64,000 nucleotides of DNA from a virus. Position 1 is the stretch's first letter. Every line of letters starts with the position of its first letter. Positions 8,838 to 17,705 of this stretch are shown here, in pieces. Position numbers and translations under genes: made by a program. The stretch is from IMG/VR virus record IMGVR_UViG_3300045988_137032, positions 197,693-261,692 of that record; one strand, 5' to 3'. The notes below the pieces were generated by a model. It was not told where the DNA came from, made no database searches, and saw only the letters and a list, made by a program, of their open reading frames with translations.

Positions 8838-10967
8838 TTATACCAGAGAAAGCTCGGCTTCCATAACCATCTTTGCTTTCTCAATCGGAACGATTCTTAC
8901 ACCATACTTTCTGGCTTTCTCAACCTTACTAGATTGAGTATCCGGAGAAGGTACAACCAAAAACGTAGTCCCACGAGTAACTATGTCAACAACCTTGCCA
9001 CCATGATCCGTAACCCATTTATCAAGGTCAGGATCACGAATCATCGTAAAGCATACAGTAAACTTCGGATCTTCGAGTTTTCCCTTAGTAGGAATAATCG
9101 TGAGTTCCTTTTCCAGCTTCCTAAGAAGCTTCTCATTATTCCGAACGCCTTCGATAATCTTCATGGCAGTTTTCTCACGAATTGTAGGGATTCCAACCAG
9201 AGTATGATACAGCTTATTTTCTGCTGTATAATACAACTGCTCCAAATCCATATACGGCATGATTCTCTCAAATGTCTTATGAGAGACTCCTTCAATACCA
9301 ATTGCTCCAAGCAGAATATAATCCGGAACTTCTTTCTTTGCATCAATTGCATCAATCCAAGATTCCAGCATCTTCTTACCGAAGCCATCGATATTGATGA
9401 TTTCCTTCTTGTGCTTTTCCAGCTTATAGAGATCATGGATATCCTTTACAATCCCTTCATGATAAAGCTTTGTGATAACTCCATAAGAGATACCATCAAT
9501 CTTCATCTTAGAAAGATAATTGAGAATCTTACCAATCTTCCTACAAGGACAATCCGGATTCACACAAGATGCAATATCGCCAGATTCACTGAAGACAAGA
9601 TCACTTCCACATTCAGGACAAGTTGTAGGAACTTCAAACTCTTTTCCGTCATAATTATGCTCACAATCACTATCGAAAGCCATATACGGAATGATGTCAT
9701 AAAGAACCTTAACCTTATCTCCCTTGTGAAGATGAAGTGCCTTAAATCTACCAATGGAACCGAGAGAAATATTCTCAATGGTATTTCCCTTCAGCTTCAC
9801 AGGTTTCACCTGCGCAACTGGAGCCAATCTACCAAAGAGACCCATATTGAAAGTGACATCCTTCAAGACAGACATCTCTGATTCTTCCGTAAACTTATAT
9901 GCAACTTCGAAGTTATTCTTATCATTCTCTCTACCGAGAATCTTTTGCAATTCCGGATTGATGATATAAATAACTGCTCCATCACAACGAAGTTCACCAT
10001 GAACGTACCGATGCCCTAAAGCAAACTTACGAATCGCTTCTCTATCTTTCAGTTTACACCGAAGGAACGGGAAGTTCTTGAATGCTTCTTTGGCAAGTTG
10101 CTGATCACCAGCTTCATTGCCAACTCTCAAAGGAATTGCATGGAGATATCTGGACTTCTCAGGATCAAACTCATCACTATTCAGAATACCAGAAACGATT
10201 GACCGAGTATTCTTATAATCAGTATGATACCTCTCATTGAATGCAACGAGATCACTCTCATACATCATAACCTCGGTCTTAAGTCCATAAGCCCCATTGA
10301 ACTCATGATACTCACGAATCGGGAATCCTTGAAAATGACGAGTGATATCTTGAGCTTCATTCCGTTCTGTAAATCCACGAGTAAGAACTCGATCGATTGT
10401 ACCATCGGCATTCATCTCAAAGATACCTGAGACGCCATCAAACTTCGGGAAGACATAAATGTCTTCATCATTCAGACTTACTTTCTTACCAGAAGTTTGA
10501 TAGATCTTATTCTCCATGGTCTGAATCCATTCATCGAGATATCGTCTGGATGGATTCGTTCTCTCCTCTTCCAATGACAGATAATGTGTCTTCGTCAAAG
10601 TACCTCTCAAAGAAGGATACTTATGATGAGCGATATTCACGGCATCTGGAGCAATTGGAACGGAAATGATATCAGATCCTCCATTATCCAGCATGATTGC
10701 ATACAGCGTATCATACTCAGAATCCGTAAGACCTGTATCCAACCCAGAATCATTATAGATGAACTGGGTCACATTGATAAGCCCCTGAATATTCTGAAGA
10801 TCATCTGCGAAATACGGAATCAAAGAATTTACTTGCTTCTTATGAATATAAGCATTCACAAGTTTCCGTACCTCAGAACTCTTCATAATTTCAGAAGCTT
10901 CCTGACATGACATATCTCCATCTACCAAAGATTGATATATGTCGTTGAAATTTACAGTGGTTGCCAT
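8838..10967 (-). CDS. ligA: NAD-dependent DNA ligase (LigA family)
   Basis: Domain Ia 'LTDSEYDTLYAIM', adenylation motif 'PKFDGVSG' (KxDG), Zn finger 'CPECGSDL...CVNPDCPC', HhH region and C-terminal BRCT-like 'FTVCFT...GTTFLVV'. 709 aa, typical LigA length. Confidence 0.9.
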   Translation of the reverse strand: MATTVNFNDIYQSLVDGDMSCQEASEIMKSSEVRKLVNAYIHKKQVNSLIPYFADDLQNIQGLINVTQFIYNDSGLDTGLTDSEYDTLYAIMLDNGGSDIISVPIAPDAVNIAHHKYPSLRGTLTKTHYLSLEEERTNPSRRYLDEWIQTMENKIYQTSGKKVSLNDEDIYVFPKFDGVSGIFEMNADGTIDRVLTRGFTERNEAQDITRHFQGFPIREYHEFNGAYGLKTEVMMYESDLVAFNERYHTDYKNTRSIVSGILNSDEFDPEKSRYLHAIPLRVGNEAGDQQLAKEAFKNFPFLRCKLKDREAIRKFALGHRYVHGELRCDGAVIYIINPELQKILGRENDKNNFEVAYKFTEESEMSVLKDVTFNMGLFGRLAPVAQVKPVKLKGNTIENISLGSIGRFKALHLHKGDKVKVLYDIIPYMAFDSDCEHNYDGKEFEVPTTCPECGSDLVFSESGDIASCVNPDCPCRKIGKILNYLSKMKIDGISYGVITKLYHEGIVKDIHDLYKLEKHKKEIINIDGFGKKMLESWIDAIDAKKEVPDYILLGAIGIEGVSHKTFERIMPYMDLEQLYYTAENKLYHTLVGIPTIREKTAMKIIEGVRNNEKLLRKLEKELTIIPTKGKLEDPKFTVCFTMIRDPDLDKWVTDHGGKVVDIVTRGTTFLVVPSPDTQSSKVEKARKYGVRIVPIEKAKMVMEAELSLV

Positions 10968-10996
10968 TTGTGCTCACTCCTTTCATTATACTATTT

Positions 10997-11007
10997 ATAT
11001 AATATAT
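10997..11007 (-). promoter_or_regulatory. promoter-like core ATATATTATAT (ligase)
   Basis: Exact core 29 nt upstream of the ligA ATG, immediately after terminator 11014-11054. The context TTTATATATTATATAAATAGTATAATGAAAGGAG is nearly identical to the copy at 46400. Confidence 0.55.
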
Positions 11008-11013
11008 AAATTA

Positions 11014-11054
11014 AAGTACCAGCCTATTATTTATTATATAATAGGCTGGTACTT
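11014..11054 (-). terminator. intrinsic terminator
   Basis: 17-bp perfect stem aagtaccagcctattat/ataataggctggtactt. 3 nt after the stop of 11058..11462. Confidence 0.75.
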
Positions 11055-11057
11055 ATG

Positions 11058-11462
11058 TCAATGCAATACACCTTCCTGAATCAGGATTTCGTTGATTTTT
11101 TCTTTCACGGTTTCCGGATTAAATACAAGGAACGGTTTCTCACATGTAAGATCCATTGTGGAATACATCTTATTGAGTTCGAGTAATGCTGCCCAAAGCT
11201 CCACTGTACCGTAGAGGTCATAGCTGAGCTTCTTTGGCTTAAACTTATACATACGAACTTCATCGGCAGGAAGAGATACAGTGATCGCATCCTCTGCCAT
11301 AAGATCCATATACTCACGAATCATTGACTTATACGGAACTTGAATGACTTCATTATTCTGTCGAATGCAGAATGTAGTATGTAAGTTCCGATAGCTAATT
11401 TCTTTTGTCTCGATCTGATCAATAAGTTCTTGAATGGTCGAGTAATACATCTTTTCTGGCAT
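11058..11462 (-). CDS. hypothetical protein (possible LysM/tail-protein-X-like motif)
   Basis: 'KKLSYDLYGTVELWAALLELNKM' loosely resembles the tail-X/LysM-like 'LDxIxxRYYG...LLxANP' pattern. Weak evidence. Confidence 0.55.
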   Translation of the reverse strand: MPEKMYYSTIQELIDQIETKEISYRNLHTTFCIRQNNEVIQVPYKSMIREYMDLMAEDAITVSLPADEVRMYKFKPKKLSYDLYGTVELWAALLELNKMYSTMDLTCEKPFLVFNPETVKEKINEILIQEGVLH

Positions 11463-11468
11463 ATATTA

Positions 11469-11867
11469 TCACCAGCCTCTCTTGTTGGAAAGCTGCTCGA
11501 CATTCGTGACAAGGTATTCTGCATCGCCAGTATCATTCAGTCCATCTCGAGCACCTTTAATAGATGTCAAGTCTGAAATAACTTTCGGAAGATCACCACC
11601 GGAATCAATATCAAATCCAGTAAGTGCCATAATAATGCCCTTGGCTTTAAGAAGAACCTGAGCAAGCTTCAACTGATTATCTTCGAGGTCATACATACGC
11701 TGCATGGGAGAGTTGCCAACAGGAGAGCCTTCTGGCTTTTTGAAACGAATTAGTTTCACATTACTACCATCGTAATAGTGTGCAACGAGCCATGCAACTC
11801 CATTGTCATCGGGAGGAATGAGATAGCACTCTCCAGTGGGCTTCTCACCCTGAGTCATCATATACAT
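11469..11867 (-). CDS. hypothetical protein
   Basis: AGAGGA SD; 132 aa. Confidence 0.65.
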   Translation of the reverse strand: MYMMTQGEKPTGECYLIPPDDNGVAWLVAHYYDGSNVKLIRFKKPEGSPVGNSPMQRMYDLEDNQLKLAQVLLKAKGIIMALTGFDIDSGGDLPKVISDLTSIKGARDGLNDTGDAEYLVTNVEQLSNKRGW

Positions 11868-11882
11868 AAAAATCGTCCTCTC

Positions 11883-12248
11883 TTACTTCGTAGTAGCGTA
11901 AGGATACTGAATATTCCCATTGATGAAATCGACTGTAAACTTACGTCCTTTTTCAACTTCACCATCGGAATTGATCTTATCCATCCATGTATTGCTATCC
12001 TGCATTTCAACAGTGAATGCTTTACCAAGCTTCACACTCTTTTGGTAATTTACTTTACATGCGCTATCATTTGCAAATAACTTATTCGCTGTAATATTAC
12101 CAGTACCAGTTGCTGTAAGAGAACTCATAATACGAGGAACCACAAGAGTAATTCGCTCCTGTCGTCTCATAGGTTTGAAATTCTCTGGAACGAAACCGTA
12201 TTCCTGATTATCAATCGAATAAATCATGTCAAACCCAGTGGTAGACAT
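11883..12248 (-). CDS. hypothetical protein
   Basis: AAGGAGGG SD; 121 aa. Confidence 0.65.
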   Translation of the reverse strand: MSTTGFDMIYSIDNQEYGFVPENFKPMRRQERITLVVPRIMSSLTATGTGNITANKLFANDSACKVNYQKSVKLGKAFTVEMQDSNTWMDKINSDGEVEKGRKFTVDFINGNIQYPYATTK

Positions 12249-12355
12249 AACGAATTTCCCTCCTTAATTAAAGTGCTTAAATTTCTGTTTTCATACTCAA
12301 TATTCACGAAAACAGATCTCATAAGCAAAACCTTAAATCCAAGGAGGTTATCGAT

Positions 12356-13561
12356 ATGGGAATCGAATTGAATAAAGACCAAGCAACAGCATTGATGTTA
12401 ATTGAGAACTGGTGGTATAGTAGAAATAAACAAGTTTTTGAATTATCCGGTGTTAGTGGTGCTGGTAAGACGTTCCTAGTAAATTACTTCATTGACCGTA
12501 TCGGTCTTAGTTTGCAAGATTGTGCATTCGTCGCATTCATGGGTAAGGCTGCCATGGTTATGGCAAAGAATGGCTTACCTGCGCAAACGATTCACAGTCT
12601 TATTTATGACTACATCAAAGTACCTGTATATGAAGAAACTGAGGATGGAAGAAAAGTTCCTGTCATCGAAGATAGTGGTAAAATACGATGCAAATGGATA
12701 TTTCGTAAGAAAGAAGAACTCTACAATCCAAAGCTTAAGCTGATTGTGATTGATGAGGCATCCATGGTATCCGAAGAAATCGCAAAAGACATTTTGAGTT
12801 ATGGAATTCCAGTTATTGCTATGGGTGACTTAAATCAGTTGCCTCCAGTAATTGGAAATCCATACTTCTTAAAGAGTGCCGATTATCATCTGACTCAGAT
12901 TATGAGACAAGCTGAAGGTAATCCAATCATCTACTTATCTCAGTGCGTTCTGAATAATATTCCACTTGAATCTGGTCAATACGGCGATAGCATCGTATTC
13001 AACCATGGCACAAAGATTACGAAAGAATTGCTGAAGCAAAATGATATCGTTCTCACTTATAGTAACACTATGCGTGGGCAAGTGAATGATTTCTACAGAC
13101 TGGAATTCTTTGGAAGAGAGCGTACTGATCTCCCTAAAGTAGGTGAGAGAATTATCTGCAGAAAGAATAATTGGAAACGAACGATTGATCGTATTCTGTA
13201 TCTTACGAATGGTACTGCTGGTGATATTGAGTTTATTGATGATGAGCATAGAAAAGAAAATCAGATGCGAATTGACTTCCATCCTGATTTCGTTCCTAGA
13301 GGAAAACGCTTTAAGAACATCGACATTGATACGGAGTTCTTAATGGCAAATCCTGGTGATCCAGATCCAAAGCAATTCAACTTCTTAAATAAGTTTGAGT
13401 ATGCTTATGCCATTACAACTCATCTTTCTCAGGGCAGCCAGTATAATCGTGTACTGGTTAAGAATGAAGATCGTTTTGAGTATTTTCCACACAATCTATA
13501 TAAAAAGCTTCAATACACAGCTATCACACGTGCAGTAGATAAAGTAACGATCATTTTGTAA
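12356..13561 (+). CDS. SF1B DNA helicase (Dda/RecD-like)
   Basis: Walker A 'GVSGAGKTFLV', Walker B 'LIVIDEASMV', 'GDLNQLPPV', 'AITTHLSQGSQYNRVLV'. AAGGAGG SD. Confidence 0.8.
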   Translation: MGIELNKDQATALMLIENWWYSRNKQVFELSGVSGAGKTFLVNYFIDRIGLSLQDCAFVAFMGKAAMVMAKNGLPAQTIHSLIYDYIKVPVYEETEDGRKVPVIEDSGKIRCKWIFRKKEELYNPKLKLIVIDEASMVSEEIAKDILSYGIPVIAMGDLNQLPPVIGNPYFLKSADYHLTQIMRQAEGNPIIYLSQCVLNNIPLESGQYGDSIVFNHGTKITKELLKQNDIVLTYSNTMRGQVNDFYRLEFFGRERTDLPKVGERIICRKNNWKRTIDRILYLTNGTAGDIEFIDDEHRKENQMRIDFHPDFVPRGKRFKNIDIDTEFLMANPGDPDPKQFNFLNKFEYAYAITTHLSQGSQYNRVLVKNEDRFEYFPHNLYKKLQYTAITRAVDKVTIIL

Positions 13562-13567
13562 ACACAT

Positions 13568-13616
13568 CAGGAGACATTATCTATGACATATAGTCTGGAT
13601 AATGCCTCCTGTTTAT
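13568..13616 (+). terminator. hairpin after the helicase gene
   Basis: 14-bp stem with one mismatch (caggagacattatc/gataatgcctcctg), then TTTAT. Confidence 0.55.
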
Positions 13617-13670
13617 CAATATACCATCTAACAGCTTTCTAACCGAAAGTATAAAAAGGAGTGTCGACCT

Positions 13671-14900
13671 ATGAGTAAAAATCTTTTATTGCAAGCATTG
13701 CGCAATAACGCAAAGACTGGTGACATGTTCACCACTAACGCTACCTTCACAGCATATAAGACAGGATTTCCTGCTCTTGACTATGCTATGGGTTTCAATG
13801 TAAACGTATACGACGAAAATGGTAAGGTTAAGAATACTTATCCTTCTATTGGTATTACTTGCGGTTCTATCGTGACGATTGTCGGTAAGACTCACGTTGG
13901 TAAAACTACACTGGCTACCCAGTTGGCATCCAGCATCGTAAGACCGTTTGATAACGGTTTCGTTCTTCATTTCGACCTTGAGGGTGGCACAAACATGACT
14001 CGTATTTCTACTCTGAGTCGTTTCACTCCTCAGGAACTGAAAGATGGAAAGTACATCGTGCGTCAGCTCGGTGTATCCATCGAAGAAATCAAAAAGACGA
14101 TTGCTGAACTATATCGTACAAAGACCGGTTCTCCTGATGAGTATAAGTATGACACTGGTGAAGTGGATGAATTCGGTGAGAAAGTATATGCTTACGTTCC
14201 CACTGTAATCATCATTGACTCCGTGGCATCCATGACTTCGTACATCAATGAGAATACGAAAGATGGTCAGGCCGAGATGGATACAATTTCTTCTCAGACC
14301 GATAGCTCTCGTTTTGCTGGTCTTATGACACGTTTCCTGAAGGAAATCATGCAGATGCTGAAAGCTGCTAATATCATTCTTATTCTGATTAACCACATCA
14401 AGGATAAGATTAGTATGGGTGTACCTCAGCCTGCTGAGATGCGTGGCTTAAAGCAGAATGAAACTCTGCCTGCTGGTAAAGCTCTCCAGTATTATACCAA
14501 CACGATGATTCGTCTTACTTCCATTGGCAGTGAGCACTATGATGTCGAGAATAATGGTTTCGATGGATTTGGTGTTGCTGCTACCTTTATCAAGAACCGC
14601 AGTAATTCGGATGGTGTATCTGTACCCCTTGTGTTTGATAAAGTCCATGGATATGATTCCATTCGTTCTTCTGTAAACTACGCTAAACAGATTGGACTGC
14701 TTGGTGGTAATATCAACGGTTACTATTTTGGTGACCGTAAGGATATGAAGTTCCCTGGTCGTACAATGCATGAAGCATTTAACCAGAATAAGGAACTCTA
14801 CAAGGTGATGTATGATACCATCATCCCTGTTCTTCACAGCAAGCTTTCTACAGTAAGTCCTGAAGAAATTCTTGTTGATGCTGAAGAACTGAACTACTAA
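13671..14900 (+). CDS. RecA/UvsX-family recombinase
   Basis: 'GSIVTIVGKTHVGKTTLATQLA' (Walker A), 'VIIIDSVASM' (Walker B), 'LILINHIKDKISMG' (compare RecA 'FINQIRxKIG'). Confidence 0.8.
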   Translation: MSKNLLLQALRNNAKTGDMFTTNATFTAYKTGFPALDYAMGFNVNVYDENGKVKNTYPSIGITCGSIVTIVGKTHVGKTTLATQLASSIVRPFDNGFVLHFDLEGGTNMTRISTLSRFTPQELKDGKYIVRQLGVSIEEIKKTIAELYRTKTGSPDEYKYDTGEVDEFGEKVYAYVPTVIIIDSVASMTSYINENTKDGQAEMDTISSQTDSSRFAGLMTRFLKEIMQMLKAANIILILINHIKDKISMGVPQPAEMRGLKQNETLPAGKALQYYTNTMIRLTSIGSEHYDVENNGFDGFGVAATFIKNRSNSDGVSVPLVFDKVHGYDSIRSSVNYAKQIGLLGGNINGYYFGDRKDMKFPGRTMHEAFNQNKELYKVMYDTIIPVLHSKLSTVSPEEILVDAEELNY

Positions 14901-14904
14901 TAAT

Positions 14905-14944
14905 AGCCACCATGAGTAAATAAAAACTCATGGTGGCTTTTTAT
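14905..14944 (+). terminator. intrinsic terminator
   Basis: 13-bp stem agccaccatgagt/actcatggtggct plus a T-run. 4 nt after the recombinase stop. Confidence 0.8.
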
Positions 14945-15013
14945 TTCCATATATACAAAAAAGAAAGAATGCAGGAAGACTCTGCTTCCCACATTCTTTC
15001 TCTTGTAGTGTAC

Positions 15014-15358
15014 TTACATGACGTATTTGGTGAAGTTGTCACCGAATTCATTAGCAAGCACACGATGTTGTGTTGAACATGCGGATATTTTTCGCATATC
15101 CGGATAACCGGCGCTAACAAAGTATTCTGCAAGTTCATCATCATTCATTTCGTTTGGATTGACGGAGCCAACCCGTAGGCCGGCTGTCTTAGCAAACGGA
15201 ACGAACATGGAAGGAAAATACCGAGGGCTGGTTAAGGGCGACTCGGTATTTTCTTCCACTATGTTGACCTGATTCTCATTCAGGTTCAAAAAGGATACCT
15301 GCTTTGTCAAGTTATTGACATTGCAGGTATCCATTTGCTGAATAGAAGCAGTTTGCAT
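15014..15358 (-). CDS. hypothetical protein
   Basis: GAAGGAGGA SD. Promoter-like core 30 nt upstream. Confidence 0.65.
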   Translation of the reverse strand: MQTASIQQMDTCNVNNLTKQVSFLNLNENQVNIVEENTESPLTSPRYFPSMFVPFAKTAGLRVGSVNPNEMNDDELAEYFVSAGYPDMRKISACSTQHRVLANEFGDNFTKYVM

Positions 15359-15388
15359 ATGTAATCCTCCTTCCCTATTATGATACTA

Positions 15389-15399
15389 ATATAATATAT
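15389..15399 (-). promoter_or_regulatory. promoter-like core ATATATTATAT
   Basis: Exact core 30 nt upstream of the 15358 ATG, within the palindrome TATAATGATATATTATA. Confidence 0.55.
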
Positions 15400-15420
15400 C
15401 ATTATAGGAAAGAATGATTA

Positions 15421-16320
15421 TTACAGGATAAGAGTCATACTCCCATCCATTGGGTCATATATGAAACTCTTAATTTTATTATTACGAGTAATGAAACTAA
15501 AGATGTGATTGCTCATACAACCATCTACTCTCAGTGTATTACTGACGATATACATATCCGCCATATAATAATGAGAATAATTCTTAAGGCAAGAATTTAA
15601 CGATGGCCATCTGAAGTTCGTAATCCATCTCAATTCGGAATCCGATTTCAAATCATGCTCATCAAGAACTACTTTCCGCTCATCCGTAAATTGAATCAAA
15701 CGAGAAAATTGTCCATTGACATACTCGATCATGGGGGCTTCATATTCCTTATTTCCTACACCAAGAATTTTGTAGGTATACATGGAAACATCTTCGATAT
15801 TCTTTCTCTTACAAATAGTAGGCGTGATTACAAAGTTATTTGTAAGTCCTTCAAAGATTGCATATCTTCCACCATGAATTACGAAATCATAAATAGATCT
15901 CGACAACGCAACCTGATAGAAATTGCTTCCGATAGATAGAAAGGATTCATCCACTTTAAAATTCTTCGTAAGAGAACTAAATGGATTGTATCCTTTACAG
16001 ATGGTGACGTTTTGAATTGTATTAAACTTATCTACATAAGCAAGATATGAGCAATCAGAATCCATGATCAAATACACAGGAACTTTTGGTGATCCATCAT
16101 AACCGAGTTTTATACAACGAATTGGATTTCCCTTAATGACAGAAATTCTATTGGAACCTTTCGGAATTGTGTGATACAACAGATCCGTTCCAACATCATA
16201 TTTCTCTTTCGACTTATGAAGATGATCTAATCCACGCAATGGATTCAAAAGAGTTACTTTCGTAGCATCTATATAAGATGCTGTATTCCCTCCATATGCG
16301 ATACAAAAAGATTTTTTCAT
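15421..16320 (-). CDS. hypothetical protein
   Basis: AAGGAGGA SD; 299 aa; no motif recognised. Confidence 0.7.
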   Translation of the reverse strand: MKKSFCIAYGGNTASYIDATKVTLLNPLRGLDHLHKSKEKYDVGTDLLYHTIPKGSNRISVIKGNPIRCIKLGYDGSPKVPVYLIMDSDCSYLAYVDKFNTIQNVTICKGYNPFSSLTKNFKVDESFLSIGSNFYQVALSRSIYDFVIHGGRYAIFEGLTNNFVITPTICKRKNIEDVSMYTYKILGVGNKEYEAPMIEYVNGQFSRLIQFTDERKVVLDEHDLKSDSELRWITNFRWPSLNSCLKNYSHYYMADMYIVSNTLRVDGCMSNHIFSFITRNNKIKSFIYDPMDGSMTLIL

Positions 16321-16380
16321 TTTCTATGATCCTCCTTGTATTTATATTAATTATAGGTAAAGTAACAAGAAGAATACAAA

Positions 16381-16419
16381 AAAAGAAGGGATACCTAACT
16401 GGATGTTAGGTCCCTTCTT
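16381..16419 (-). terminator. intrinsic terminator
   Basis: Bulged stem aaagaagggatacctaac/gttaggtcccttcttt, followed by T7 on the minus strand. Confidence 0.7.
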
Positions 16420-16423
16420 TTAT

Positions 16424-16732
16424 TTATGCTTCGTAAGAATTATCGGTGTCATCAGCAGGCTCATCGATCGGCTCGTAACGATCACGATCGAACTTGGCCT
16501 TGATCACGGCCTTGTGGATGAGGCGCTTGAACTGATCAATCTTCATGCTGACCCACTGGATAGCAGAGAAAGCCAACAGGGCAAGGCTGACAATGATCAT
16601 GATATCAGAGATGATATCCATGATCATGCAGAAAGTCGGGTGCTTATCACGCATAAGCTTCCGAGCAGCCTTGCGCTTAGCTTCTGCTTCATTGCACATT
16701 ACAACGTACTCATTCCAATTCATAGCCTTCAT
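16424..16732 (-). CDS. small membrane protein (one TM)
   Basis: Start moved to the ATG at 16732 (AAAGGAA SD). The 14 extra N-terminal codons in the track come from the duplicated leader. TM segment 'IISDIMIIVSLALLAFSAIQWV'. Confidence 0.6.
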   Translation of the reverse strand: MKAMNWNEYVVMCNEAEAKRKAARKLMRDKHPTFCMIMDIISDIMIIVSLALLAFSAIQWVSMKIDQFKRLIHKAVIKAKFDRDRYEPIDEPADDTDNSYEA

Positions 16733-16738
16733 AATAAT

Positions 16739-16796
16739 TTCCTTTCTGCGTATCTTTAATGTGCTCGCCAGCACTCATGTTTTTTATTTCGAACTA
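16739..16796 (-). repeat. duplicated leader/regulatory module, copy 1
   Basis: ttcctttctgcgtatctttaatgtgctcgccagcactcatgt is identical at 16739-16780 and 17099-17140. Both then continue with tttttatttcg (3-bp indel). Contains the SD and a small hairpin gtgct-cgcc-agcac. Confidence 0.8.
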
Positions 16797-16810
16797 CGGA
16801 TGCGGAACAA

Positions 16811-17092
16811 TTACCGCACTTCGTGCATGGTTGCCACTTCATTGAAGTGGCAATTGTACTTAACCCAATCACGGCTCACGAAGTACAAGTTTCCGGATCC
16901 GCTTGCGGCTTCGTCCGTATGATACAACTTAGTATTTTCGGGGCGACGGTGATCAAAATCACTCTTGATCACCTGTAGCATATTGAACGCATCCTTCTCC
17001 GAAATACCTTCAGCGATCATGGTACTATTGATAGTGATAGTACCATGATCGGTATCCATGTAGTTATTGATGATGACATTAAATTTTTTCAT
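16811..17092 (-). CDS. hypothetical small protein
   Basis: Start moved to the ATG at 17092, behind the second copy of the duplicated leader. Confidence 0.6.
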   Translation of the reverse strand: MKKFNVIINNYMDTDHGTITINSTMIAEGISEKDAFNMLQVIKSDFDHRRPENTKLYHTDEAASGSGNLYFVSRDWVKYNCHFNEVATMHEVR

Positions 17093-17098
17093 AATTGA

Positions 17099-17155
17099 TT
17101 CCTTTCTGCGTATCTTTAATGTGCTCGCCAGCACTCATGTGTGTTTTTATTTCGT
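17099..17155 (-). repeat. duplicated leader/regulatory module, copy 2
   Basis: See copy 1; exactly 360 bp downstream of it. Confidence 0.8.
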
Positions 17156-17163
17156 ATTGGAGA

Positions 17164-17493
17164 TTACTTAAAGATCAGGGTTGCGTTAGGATCGTTCATC
17201 ATCTTATCGAATGCATCGCGATCCATTCCGATGTCGGATGCCACGTACTTGTGGTCATCAGACTTCTTGTTGTTGAAGATGCGATTGTATGCATCCTCAC
17301 CGGCCTTTGCATCTGCGAAAGCCTTCTTCTGTGCAGGGGTCTGAGCATACTTTGCAGCATGCTCGAGGTTGCCAGTAAGAGCGTACTGAACGTACGGGTC
17401 AGTGCTGTTGATGGGATTGTACTTTGCGTTCAATTCGCTGGAGCTCATGGTCTTGACAGTAGTGGTAGCGGACTTTTTGAAGAAGTTAAACAT
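17164..17493 (-). CDS. hypothetical small protein
   Basis: AAAGGA SD; G/C-ending codon class. Confidence 0.65.
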   Translation of the reverse strand: MFNFFKKSATTTVKTMSSSELNAKYNPINSTDPYVQYALTGNLEHAAKYAQTPAQKKAFADAKAGEDAYNRIFNNKKSDDHKYVASDIGMDRDAFDKMMNDPNATLIFK

Positions 17494-17565
17494 AGTGGAA
17501 TCCTTTCTTGATCTCTACGGATCATACAAAATTGATTTTATTTTTTGAAGGTTATATTTCTATTC

Positions 17566-17623
17566 CCTTCTTATTATTCGCATTTATAATATATCATTAT
17601 AATTCGAGACTTTACGGTAAAAT
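17566..17623. repeat. 58-bp module, inverted partner of 63943-64000
   Basis: ccttcttattattcgcatttataatatatcattataattcgagactttacggtaaaat is the exact reverse complement of the last 58 nt of the window. Confidence 0.9.
17584..17594 (-). promoter_or_regulatory. promoter-like core (10/11), inside the 58-bp duplicated module
   Basis: TATAATGATATATTATAA on the minus strand, 90 nt upstream of the 17493 ATG, in a divergent intergenic region. Confidence 0.45.
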
Positions 17624-17705
17624 CACTATTCCATAAAGAGCCACCTGAAAACACTAATTTAAGCTTTTAGCCTTTAATACTAATAAAGAAAGGATTGATA
17701 TATCT

